Of a stretch of 64,000 nt of DNA, positions 10,142 to 18,955 are shown one piece after another. Each line of letters begins with the position of its first letter. The first letter of the stretch is position 1. Made by a program: the position numbers and the translations under genes. The notes below the pieces were generated by a model, which saw nothing but the letters and a program-made list of their open reading frames with translations, did no database searches and had not been told where the DNA came from. Where the stretch lies: NCBI GenBank assembly GCA_963977675.1, contig CAXBPY010000007.1, positions 297 through 64,296 of the forward strand. Direction: 5' to 3'. The stretch is from an uncultured bacterium (GTDB lineage: Bacteria; Bacteroidota; Bacteroidia; Chitinophagales; UBA10324).

Positions 10142-11326
10142 ATGAAAAGAGTTCTGATGATGATGATCTTCATGTTGCCTATTGCTGTTTGGGGACAAAC
10201 ACAGGATTACAAAGTCAAGAAAGGAGAGACGCTTTATGGATTGTCGCAGCGATATAATACAACTGTTTCAAAACTGCTTGACATTAATCCATCAATTGTA
10301 GATAATAAGTTGAAAGAAGGTGCGCTCATAAAAGTTCCTATGATGAAGGAAGAAGTTAACTACAATAAAGTAAAAATTGGCCCGCCGCAATTTCTTGCTC
10401 CGGTTACATATAGCGTATCAAAAGGAGAAACTTTATATTCTATTTCGAAGAAGATGAATACTAATGTTGAAACTCTCCGAATGTATAATGAATTAAAAAA
10501 TGATGATATCAAAGCTGGTCAAAAATTAATTGTAGGATATACCGGATCAGATTCTGGACCGAATACTGGTTCAGATCAAAACTCAACACTTAAGAAGAAC
10601 GAATCAAACTCGGTTGAAAATAAAATATCTGAAACCAAAAAGGATGTAGTGGTCAATGATGGAGATAAAGATGGAAAGAAAAAGAAAAGCAATTCATCGA
10701 CATCTGATTCATCTGTTAAGAAAGAGAACGGAACATCATCAACAACTGGTCAAACTGCAAACAATACGGTTGTAAGTCAGGTGACAACGAATAATTCCAC
10801 TTCGGTTGATTCGAAAAACGAAAACAAAAACCCTGTTTCTACATCGCCAACAAATGAAACTTCAAACACATCAGAAAACAAAGTACCTGTTACCAATTCA
10901 ACATCAAAAAATTCTTCCACCTCTACAACAACTGTTGTGAGCAATACTGTTTCAGGTAATCAGAATAAATCATCGGAAGACAGCTCATCAAAAACAAATG
11001 CAACATCCTCATCCAATAAATCAACACCTAGTAATGAGAAATTAGTTTATTTGACAGAGAAGGGAGTTGTGACCTGGACTAAGACGAATAATGATGATGG
11101 ACAGTTTTATTGTCTTCACCCAACTGCACCGGTTGGAACTGTAATTACTCTGAAAAATATGATGAACAACCGTAGTGTGCAGGTGAAGGTTATTGGCAAG
11201 CTTCCGGCTACAGCCGAGAATCAAAATGTTATAATGAAAATTTCAAATTCCGCTGCTAAAAATCTGAATGTGCTCGACGATAAATTTCTTGCTACAGCAA
11301 ATTTTATGGGTTATAAAACTGAGTGA
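10142..11326 (+). CDS. Secreted 2x LysM protein with a long S/T/N-rich linker and an RlpA-like (double-psi beta-barrel) C-terminal domain
   Basis: Signal peptide MKRVLMMMIFMLPIAVWGQ. Two LysM units (YKVKKGETLYGLSQRY..., YSVSKGETLYSISKKM...). About 200 aa of low complexity. The C-terminus CLHPTAPVGTVITLKNMMNNRSVQVKVIGKLP resembles RlpA. Confidence 0.7.
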   Translation: MKRVLMMMIFMLPIAVWGQTQDYKVKKGETLYGLSQRYNTTVSKLLDINPSIVDNKLKEGALIKVPMMKEEVNYNKVKIGPPQFLAPVTYSVSKGETLYSISKKMNTNVETLRMYNELKNDDIKAGQKLIVGYTGSDSGPNTGSDQNSTLKKNESNSVENKISETKKDVVVNDGDKDGKKKKSNSSTSDSSVKKENGTSSTTGQTANNTVVSQVTTNNSTSVDSKNENKNPVSTSPTNETSNTSENKVPVTNSTSKNSSTSTTTVVSNTVSGNQNKSSEDSSSKTNATSSSNKSTPSNEKLVYLTEKGVVTWTKTNNDDGQFYCLHPTAPVGTVITLKNMMNNRSVQVKVIGKLPATAENQNVIMKISNSAAKNLNVLDDKFLATANFMGYKTE

Positions 11327-11512
11327 TATCTCCTTATTAAGTATTTAGTGAATCCGTTAGAACAAAATCATTCGAAAAGAAATTTCGGACTTTAGCCTCT
11401 TAGTCAAATGTGATTTATTTTTCTTGTTCAAAATAAAAAGGAGTGAATTCATTTATTAATATATCTTTCACACCTGATAAGAAAATTTCAAATCAAATAA
11501 AACAAAAACTGA

Positions 11513-12997
11513 ATGGCAAGTAATCTGTTCAAGAAAAAATCAATTGAGGCATTAGTTTCTGAATCTTCAGAAAACACAGGAGGTGAGGGCAATCATCTAA
11601 AACGCACCCTTGGAAAATGGGCACTCATTGCACTCGGCATCGGAGCAATTATTGGCGCAGGATTATTTGTTCGTACTGCCGCTGCAGCCGCTAACAATGC
11701 CGGACCCTCTGTTACACTTGGTTTTATTGTAGCGGGAATCGGTTGCGCATTTGCAGGATTATGTTATGCCGAATTTGCAAGCATGATTCCTATTGCAGGT
11801 AGTGCATATACCTATTCTTATGCAACAATGGGCGAACTAATTGCATGGATTATTGGCTGGGATTTGGTTCTTGAATATGCTTTAGGTGCAGCAACTGTTG
11901 GCATTGCCTGGAGTGAATATTTGAATAAATTTCTCGGACAGTTTTTTGATGTTCAGATTCCTTACGAGTGGTATCATTCTCCTTTTGAACATAATGATGC
12001 CGGAGTTCATGGCATCATGAATATTCCTGCTCTTTTTATTCTGTTAATTCTCACACTTCTGCTCATTCGCGGAATGAGAGAAAGTGCTTTTGTAAATGGT
12101 TTGATTGTAATTACAAAAGTTACGATTGTAATTCTTGTAATTGCCTTTGGATGGAGCTATATGAATCCTGCCAATCATGCTAATTATATTCCTGAGCCAA
12201 GTATTTATACCGACTCACAGGGAGTAGATCACAACTTCGGAGGAATAATGGGAATACTTGGTGCAGCTGGTGTTGTATTCTTTGCTTTTATTGGATTCGA
12301 TGCTGTGAGTACTGCTAGTCAAGAAGCAAAAAATCCAAAGAAGGATATGCCGATTGGAATTCTTGGTTCGCTTGCTATATGCACTGTTTTATATGTTCTG
12401 TTTTCATGGGTACTCACTGGAATTGCCTCGGTTGAAGATTTCAGAACTGCAGGAAAAGAGGCATCTGTCGCCTATGCCATCACGACCTATATGTCCGGTT
12501 ATGGTTGGCTCGCAAAGTTTGTGACTGTAGCTATTCTCGCCGGTTTCTCTTCAGTAATTCTTGTGATGCTGATGGGACAAAGCCGGGTGTTTTATTCCAT
12601 GAGTCGAGATGGATTGGTTCCGAAAATATTCTCAGATGTTCATCCACGCTACCGGACTCCTTATAAGAGTAACTGGCTCTTCTTTGTATTCGTAGGATTG
12701 TTTGCAGCCTTTGTTCCTGGAGATATTGTTGGTGACATGACCAGTATTGGAACTTTGTTCGCATTCATTCTTGTATGCGCTGGTGTTTGGATTCTCAGAG
12801 TGAAGAATCCTGATTTACCAAGACAGTTTAAGACTCCTTGGGTTCCTGTTGTTCCCATTGCCGGAATGCTTATTTGTGGTGCAATGATATTTGGATTGGG
12901 GTGGCCAAACTGGATGCGACTCGGTATCTGGCTTCTGATTGGTCTTTTAATTTATTTTGGTTACAGTCAGAAGAACAGCCATCTGAATAAAAAGTAA
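11513..12997 (+). CDS. APC-superfamily amino acid permease
   Basis: About 12 predicted TM helices and typical APC N-terminus (LKRTLGKWALIALGIGAIIGAGLFV), 494 aa. Confidence 0.85.
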   Translation: MASNLFKKKSIEALVSESSENTGGEGNHLKRTLGKWALIALGIGAIIGAGLFVRTAAAAANNAGPSVTLGFIVAGIGCAFAGLCYAEFASMIPIAGSAYTYSYATMGELIAWIIGWDLVLEYALGAATVGIAWSEYLNKFLGQFFDVQIPYEWYHSPFEHNDAGVHGIMNIPALFILLILTLLLIRGMRESAFVNGLIVITKVTIVILVIAFGWSYMNPANHANYIPEPSIYTDSQGVDHNFGGIMGILGAAGVVFFAFIGFDAVSTASQEAKNPKKDMPIGILGSLAICTVLYVLFSWVLTGIASVEDFRTAGKEASVAYAITTYMSGYGWLAKFVTVAILAGFSSVILVMLMGQSRVFYSMSRDGLVPKIFSDVHPRYRTPYKSNWLFFVFVGLFAAFVPGDIVGDMTSIGTLFAFILVCAGVWILRVKNPDLPRQFKTPWVPVVPIAGMLICGAMIFGLGWPNWMRLGIWLLIGLLIYFGYSQKNSHLNKK

Positions 12998-14743
12998 GTG
13001 CTTCCCGATTCTATTCTCGAAGTCAATAATCTTAAAGTCAGTTTTTCTTCCGATGAAGGAGAGAATACTGTTGTGCACGAAATTTCTTTCCAGCTTAATA
13101 AAGGAGAGATTCTTGGTATTGTAGGAGAGAGCGGTTCAGGTAAGTCAGTTACCTCGCTTTCGGTCATGCGGCTCATACAATCTCCGGGGAAGATAGATGG
13201 CGGAGAAATTTTTCTCCGGACAAAAAATAATGTTGAGCAAAATCTACTTGCGATTTCTGAAAAAGAAATGCAGAAGGTGAGAGGCAATGAAGTAGCTATG
13301 ATATTTCAGGAACCAATGACTTCGCTCAATCCTGTGTTTACCTGCGGCGCTCAGGTCATAGAAGCAATTCTTCTTCATAAAAAAATTCGTAAATCAGAAG
13401 CGCGTAAACAAGTTCTTGCCTTGTTTGAAAAAGTTTTGCTTCCCGATCCTAATCGTATTTACAAATCATATCCTCATCAACTAAGTGGCGGACAGAAACA
13501 GCGTGTGATGATTGCAATGGCCATGAGTTGCAACCCATCTATTCTTATTGCGGATGAACCAACAACCGCACTTGATGTAACTGTGCAGGCTGCGATACTT
13601 CAGCTGATGAAGCGGTTGCAGCGCGAAGAAAACGCGAGCATTGTTTTCATTACTCATGATCTTGGTGTGATAGCCGAGATAGCTGACCGCGTGGCTGTGA
13701 TGTATCGCGGAAAGATTGTGGAGACCGGAACAGTGAATGAAATCTTTTCTTCACCGAAACATCCATACACTAAGAGTTTGCTGGCGTGTCGCCCGCCACT
13801 TCAGAAAAGATTGAAACGGTTGCCGGTGGTTTCAGATTTTATGAGTGAGGATGCAATCGGAAACCTTATCGAAAAAAAATATTCTCCTAGTGAAATTGAA
13901 ATTGCTGAACTTGAATGGAAAAAACTTTCGGAAGAAAAAATAGAAAAGCCACCTGTTCTACAACTGAAGAATGTGTGCAAGTATTATCCCGTGAAGCACG
14001 GCATCTTTTCCTTTTCGAAAGAAGTAGTGAAGGCAGTGGATGATATTTCATTTGATGTACATCCCGGCGAAACTTTGGGATTGGTAGGAGAGAGTGGTTG
14101 CGGCAAAACCACATTAGGCAGAACAATTCTTCAGTTGATACGCCCTACTTCGGGAGAAATAATCTTTGAAGGAAAAAACCTGGCGCCTCTTGCAGAAAAA
14201 GAATTGCGCCCGATCCGAAAGAACCTGCAAATTATTTTTCAGGATCCGTATTCATCACTCAATCCGCGCATGACGATTGGTGATGCAATTATGGAACCGA
14301 TGAAGGTTCATCATCTGCACGGAAATAATTCTTCCAGAAAAGAAAAAACAATTGAGTTGTTAAGTAAGGTGCAGATGAAGCCCGAGCATTTCAATCGTTA
14401 TCCTCACGAGTTTTCCGGAGGTCAACGACAGCGAATCTGTATTGCACGGGCACTTGCACTTGAACCAAGATTTATTATTTGTGATGAATCAGTTTCTGCT
14501 CTTGATGTTTCAGTTCAGGCACAAGTTTTAAACCTTCTGAAAGATTTGCAAAAAGATTTCGGGCTTACTTACATTTTTATTTCACACGATTTGTCAGTTG
14601 TAAAATTTATGAGCGATCGAATGGTTGTTATGAACAAAGGACGAATTGAAGAGATGGGATTGGCTGATGAAATTTATCACAACCCATCAAGTGAATACAC
14701 GAAGCGGCTGATTGCAGCGATACCTAAGGGTGTTGGTGGATAG
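12998..14743 (+). CDS. Duplicated (two-NBD) ABC transporter ATP-binding protein, Dpp/Opp-type (YejF-like)
   Basis: Two full ATPase cassettes: Walker A GESGSGKS / GESGCGKT, signatures LSGGQKQR / FSGGQRQR, Walker B ILIADEPT / FIICDESV. The GTG start directly abuts the permease TAA stop. Confidence 0.9.
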   Translation: MLPDSILEVNNLKVSFSSDEGENTVVHEISFQLNKGEILGIVGESGSGKSVTSLSVMRLIQSPGKIDGGEIFLRTKNNVEQNLLAISEKEMQKVRGNEVAMIFQEPMTSLNPVFTCGAQVIEAILLHKKIRKSEARKQVLALFEKVLLPDPNRIYKSYPHQLSGGQKQRVMIAMAMSCNPSILIADEPTTALDVTVQAAILQLMKRLQREENASIVFITHDLGVIAEIADRVAVMYRGKIVETGTVNEIFSSPKHPYTKSLLACRPPLQKRLKRLPVVSDFMSEDAIGNLIEKKYSPSEIEIAELEWKKLSEEKIEKPPVLQLKNVCKYYPVKHGIFSFSKEVVKAVDDISFDVHPGETLGLVGESGCGKTTLGRTILQLIRPTSGEIIFEGKNLAPLAEKELRPIRKNLQIIFQDPYSSLNPRMTIGDAIMEPMKVHHLHGNNSSRKEKTIELLSKVQMKPEHFNRYPHEFSGGQRQRICIARALALEPRFIICDESVSALDVSVQAQVLNLLKDLQKDFGLTYIFISHDLSVVKFMSDRMVVMNKGRIEEMGLADEIYHNPSSEYTKRLIAAIPKGVGG

Positions 14744-14842
14744 TGGTTGGTGGCTCGTGGTTAGTTGTTTGTTATTTGTTATCTTTTGCTGCACAATCGA
14801 AAAACAATTCTGTAGCGTTTGAAAAGTTGTTGTAACAAAAAT

Positions 14843-15415
14843 TTAAAAAGGTCCTACAGCCTTTACAATTTTAACATGTTCAAAGTCGTTTTGAAAAATA
14901 AAATAGTAGGTGCCATTATCTTTTTCGTCTAAGCCATAGAGACTATACCAAACCCCTATCTTAAAATCGGCAGGCATTTTATCAAATACTCCGAGATGAC
15001 TTGAATCTACAGGATAGTTTTTGGTTATGAATTCAACTTGTTCTTGAGCAGACATATTGTAAAAAGGATGTTCAGGAGGAAACATGATAGTAATTTGATA
15101 CTTCCATGAATATCCAGATGTAGGTTTATGGAAATTAACTTTACTGACAGGTTTTTGTTGTTCTCCTATCTCACAAACTAAATTATTGATTACAGTATCA
15201 GGAAGTGGAATACCTGTTTCACCAATTGGTTTTGTAACTACCAATTCTCCTAAATCAAGCCTCCTGAAGGGAATTTTACTTTGAACAAAATTGTAATTAA
15301 GTTTAATATCTATTGCTTCTATTGCATGCATATAGTGTTTTGGAGAACAGCATCCTGATAGAATAAAAAAAAACAAATAAAAGGTTGATAGCGAATCAGA
15401 GTATTTTAATTTCAC
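14843..15415 (-). CDS. Hypothetical lipoprotein
   Basis: Signal peptide with lipobox-like LSGCCS. No recognisable catalytic motif. Confidence 0.55.
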   Translation of the reverse strand: MKLKYSDSLSTFYLFFFILSGCCSPKHYMHAIEAIDIKLNYNFVQSKIPFRRLDLGELVVTKPIGETGIPLPDTVINNLVCEIGEQQKPVSKVNFHKPTSGYSWKYQITIMFPPEHPFYNMSAQEQVEFITKNYPVDSSHLGVFDKMPADFKIGVWYSLYGLDEKDNGTYYFIFQNDFEHVKIVKAVGPF

Positions 15416-15531
15416 ATTGAATTTGAATTCAGGGAATAAAAAAAATATTTTTCCTCTTGCTTCACCCCGCTAACCTAACAATTTTCTTCTCCAATGGAAA
15501 CAGATGATACTTTGCTATTCAAAAAAATTAT

Positions 15532-16107
15532 TTAACTAATCCAGCAATTGAATTGATCAATCCTGATCCATCTACCATTTACATTTTTGTAGATGTAAAC
15601 ACATCCTCCTCCGCAAGGTCCGCCACATGAATGAGCAATATAAACAACGCATTCTGTCATATCTTGCGTGAAAAGTGGAATTGAAATAGACGATAACACT
15701 CCCTCATGATGCTTGTAGTATTTATCCCAGCGCAATTTTCTTTTTCCAAAATATTTATCCAACTCTTTTGATGAGATAACTACCACATTTGTGTGGAAAT
15801 TTTCTTGCCATAAAAAATTTTTTGAAGAGTCTAATTGCTGTCGCATAAATGCAATGTCTTCTCCTGAAAATATTTTAAGTTTAGAATGTCCATCTAAATA
15901 ATATTCGGGTGATATCGAATCAGAATTAAAAATAGAGCTCGGGAAAAATGGTGTTTCGCTGAGGTTTTTTATCCAAATCGAATCGTGCTCAATAAGCGAA
16001 TTGAAAAAGTCGTAATAATCCTGTTCAGTTACTTTACTTGTTTTACTCTGCGCACAACAAATCTTTACCGAAACAAGAAGAAAGAAAATGAAAGCTGTGC
16101 GAAGCAT
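15532..16107 (-). CDS. Hypothetical secreted protein with Cys/Gly-rich C-terminal segment
   Basis: Signal peptide MLRTAFIFFLLVSVKICCAQ, and HSCGGPCGGGCVYIY near the C-terminus. No family recognised. Confidence 0.55.
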   Translation of the reverse strand: MLRTAFIFFLLVSVKICCAQSKTSKVTEQDYYDFFNSLIEHDSIWIKNLSETPFFPSSIFNSDSISPEYYLDGHSKLKIFSGEDIAFMRQQLDSSKNFLWQENFHTNVVVISSKELDKYFGKRKLRWDKYYKHHEGVLSSISIPLFTQDMTECVVYIAHSCGGPCGGGCVYIYKNVNGRWIRIDQFNCWIS

Positions 16108-16130
16108 GATGTGAGCGAAAATAATTTAAC

Positions 16131-16206
16131 TAGGAGTCATAAGAGTAAAAGAGGAGTCATAGGAGTTAACTCCCATTACTCATAAAGGTATTACTCCTAA
16201 TACTCC
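16131..16206. repeat. Direct AGGAGTCATA repeats plus a long imperfect hairpin between lysC and the downstream gene
   Basis: aggagtcata occurs at 16131 and 16151. 16151-16165 (aggagtcataggagt) pairs 13 of 15 with 16192-16206 (actcctaatactcct). The loop holds the palindrome ggagttaactcc (16161-16172). Confidence 0.6.
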
Positions 16207-16235
16207 TATTTAAATGTATTCACCAATGACCTCAA

Positions 16236-17501
16236 TCAAAACCGACGAACAACAAGTTGAATGGTATTCCTTGTTTTTTGTTCGAGAAGAATTTCTCTTC
16301 TTTGAGTTTGAGTTTGCACAGTTTGTTCATCATAGTGGCGGATCGTGAGTAGCTCTAATCCTTCATTCAACAATACTTTGTATTCATTCGAAAGCTCTTC
16401 AAGAAAAGGATTCACTCTTTCTTTCGCATCATCTGCACAAAAAGAAAAACTGATTGCAGCATTCTGCATCATGTTAAACTTCACACGGTGCTTCGCCATC
16501 ATGCCAAAGATTTTCGCCAACTGTTCTTCAGCCATAAAAGAAAAATCTTTCGGAGAAACAGAGATAAGAATTTGCTCCGGTTTCAAAACAAGAACTGGGG
16601 TGCGCGCATCATCATTCATGTCGGAATCAATCACGGTTCCGCTTGCTTCAGCATTTAAAAATGATTTTACATGAAGCGGTATGTTTTTATTCTGAAGCGG
16701 CTTAATTGTTTTCGGATGAATAACGGTTGCACCGTAAAAAGTCATTTCAATCGTTTCCTTGAAAGAAAGATGATCAATTTTTTTTGCATCAGAAAAATAG
16801 CGCGGGTCTGCATTCAGCACACCGGGCACATCTTTCCAGATGGTGACACTCTCAGCACCGGCGCAGTAAGCAATCACAGCCGCCGTGTAATCTGAACCTT
16901 CGCGACCAAGTGTGGTAGAAAAATTTTCGGAAGTGCCGCCAATGAATCCCTGCGTGAGAACAAGCCCGTTCTTTGATGCAGGAACCAACTGTGCTTGAAT
17001 TTTTTTCTCCGTGATTTCCCAATCAACTTTTCCTTCACGGTAAGTATTATCGGTACGAATGAAATCCCGCACATCGCGCCATTTAGTTTTCATTCCGGAT
17101 TCATTCAAAAATGCTGCAAGCATTTTGGTACTCACCATTTCTCCAATCGAAACGATCTGGTCATATATGTAATCGAAAGATTCAGAAGGTTCATCTTCCA
17201 GGATCCAATCGACCTCAATGAAAGTATTGTTTAATTCTTCATAGACTTTGTGTGAAGAATCAGGAATTAGTTTTGAAAGCAGGTTGAAATGTTTTTCCCG
17301 CACTTCATTTAGTAATTGGTTAGCATTACCGTTTCGTTCAAAGTAGGAGTGAACAACTTCTTCGAGTGCATTCGTTGTTTTTCCAAGAGCAGAAACCACT
17401 AAAACAATTTCCTGTCCTGAAAACTTTTTCAGAATGGAGAGAACATTTCGAAATCCTTCTGCATCTTTTATTGAAGCTCCACCGAATTTGAAGACTTTCA
17501 T
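16236..17501 (-). CDS. lysC: Monofunctional aspartate kinase
   Basis: MKVFKFGGASI start, TTLGREGSDYTAA motif and C-terminal ACT-like region. The ATG at 17501 overlaps the upstream stop as ATGA; the ORF-track extension to 17621 is rejected. Confidence 0.9.
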   Translation of the reverse strand: MKVFKFGGASIKDAEGFRNVLSILKKFSGQEIVLVVSALGKTTNALEEVVHSYFERNGNANQLLNEVREKHFNLLSKLIPDSSHKVYEELNNTFIEVDWILEDEPSESFDYIYDQIVSIGEMVSTKMLAAFLNESGMKTKWRDVRDFIRTDNTYREGKVDWEITEKKIQAQLVPASKNGLVLTQGFIGGTSENFSTTLGREGSDYTAAVIAYCAGAESVTIWKDVPGVLNADPRYFSDAKKIDHLSFKETIEMTFYGATVIHPKTIKPLQNKNIPLHVKSFLNAEASGTVIDSDMNDDARTPVLVLKPEQILISVSPKDFSFMAEEQLAKIFGMMAKHRVKFNMMQNAAISFSFCADDAKERVNPFLEELSNEYKVLLNEGLELLTIRHYDEQTVQTQTQRREILLEQKTRNTIQLVVRRF

Positions 17502-18955
17502 GCGTGAATTATTTTTTTCCTGATAAGCAACATCGCAACACTTGATAATCCTGCAAATGCGAGCAACCATATTGCGCGCGAGTTGTAGCGGCTGTCCCAC
17601 TGCGTGGAGAAGGTCGCACACACATTTGCATTGATAATAATTCCAATCATAAGGAGAACAACTTGAAGCGCAGCAAATCTCAAATGGAACGCGAAAAATG
17701 AAAGAACAATAATTGCAATCACAGGCACAAGAGAAATAATCAGGAAATAAAAATTGACCGGTGCAAGAACATCTGTTGCATTTTTTAACACATCATTCTC
17801 CTGTTTCGATTTATGGAATGAAGATAAATCGCCGGGCACATAATTTTTCATAAAAGTATTCGCACTGGTGTTAATCCCAATCGGAGAAAGGAATTCTGCA
17901 TATCGAATATTTGAAAGAAGAAAAAAAGTTGAAGAAAATGAAGATTCAATCTGCTCCATAGGATATTCCTTTATACAGCGATTCACTATCTCACTGTATT
18001 CTGTGTCATGACTGTTCCAGTCGCCGGCCAGATTCAACGGACTTTCTTTCACCCACAAAAAATATCCTGAAGGAACCTGAAGATTATCGCTTCCACAAAA
18101 ATGGTAATGTTTCTTTTCACAATTGTCGTCCATAAATTTTTTCAGCACACCGTTCTCAGCAAAACGCGCAAGCAGAAAAACATTGGAGTCATTACAAATC
18201 CTTGCATTCTGAAACTTACTGAAGGTGATTAACACATTTGCACTTATGCTTACCACCACCAGCAACAGGATAAAAAGGATACGACGCAGTGAGAAAAAAT
18301 TATTCTTTCTGTAGAAAGGTGAAACCACTCCGGTCAGATGGATAAGCAAAATCAGGAAAGCAAATTCAAGCGCAATTAATAACACTGAAGTGTGAACCAG
18401 AACACTCACGATCACAATCGAAAGCAGAAAAAGTTTTTCAGGTTTTGGCAAAACTGTTTTACGAACCACTAGCAGCGGAAGCGAAAGCAGAACATAACAG
18501 GTGAAAATATCCGGAGTCAGCAGGTTGCTTATCCATCCTGCATTTGTGAAACAAGAGAGCGCAAGAATTATCAGCAGGAACAGGAGGGAAGATGACTGGT
18601 TAAAAATTTTTTTCCACCACAACTGAAGCAGAAAAGCGAGAATCAGGTTCTGAACAAACACTACCGTCCATAGTGTAAATCCCATTGAGAACAAACCGAT
18701 AAACAGTCCATAAAAAACCGGACGGTCTCCCGGAACATTGAAACTAAGTGCACTGAAAAGATAAGTTCCTGTGTCAGGATACAAGAGGGGAAATCCATTA
18801 TAGATAGCGGGCAGCAACAGTAGAACAGACGCTGCAATCAGAAGTGCAACCTTTCTTAAATTTTCCTTAACGATTGTCGGTGGATTCAAACAAAAAAATA
18901 ATTTATCAAAATCTCGGACAGTAAACTGTGTTCTTGATTGATGCAGGGAATTCAA
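17498..18955 (-). CDS. Polytopic integral membrane protein of unknown function (possibly GT-C-like)
   Basis: About 11 hydrophobic segments. PLLYPDTGTY lies in the first loop, and a Cys-containing soluble loop sits mid-protein. The start is uncertain (TTG 18955 overlapping the upstream gene, or TTG 18889). Confidence 0.6.
   Translation of the reverse strand: MNSLHQSRTQFTVRDFDKLFFCLNPPTIVKENLRKVALLIAASVLLLLPAIYNGFPLLYPDTGTYLFSALSFNVPGDRPVFYGLFIGLFSMGFTLWTVVFVQNLILAFLLQLWWKKIFNQSSSLLFLLIILALSCFTNAGWISNLLTPDIFTCYVLLSLPLLVVRKTVLPKPEKLFLLSIVIVSVLVHTSVLLIALEFAFLILLIHLTGVVSPFYRKNNFFSLRRILFILLLVVVSISANVLITFSKFQNARICNDSNVFLLARFAENGVLKKFMDDNCEKKHYHFCGSDNLQVPSGYFLWVKESPLNLAGDWNSHDTEYSEIVNRCIKEYPMEQIESSFSSTFFLLSNIRYAEFLSPIGINTSANTFMKNYVPGDLSSFHKSKQENDVLKNATDVLAPVNFYFLIISLVPVIAIIVLSFFAFHLRFAALQVVLLMIGIIINANVCATFSTQWDSRYNSRAIWLLAFAGLSSVAMLLIRKKIIHA

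Noticed and set aside
11327-11512. Possible riboswitch or leader upstream of the amino acid permease.
   Set aside because: Only a weak 5-bp hairpin (cgaaa/tttcg) is present, and there is no match to lysine, glycine or other aptamer cores that I can recognise.
12967-13287. 106-aa minus-strand ORF spanning the permease/ABC junction.
   Set aside because: It is antisense to the Walker A region of a clearly real ABC ATPase, and its composition is atypical.
17502-17621. 40-codon N-terminal extension of the aspartokinase ORF.
   Set aside because: The canonical MKVFKFGGAS start at 17501 coincides with the upstream stop (ATGA). The extension lies inside the preceding gene.
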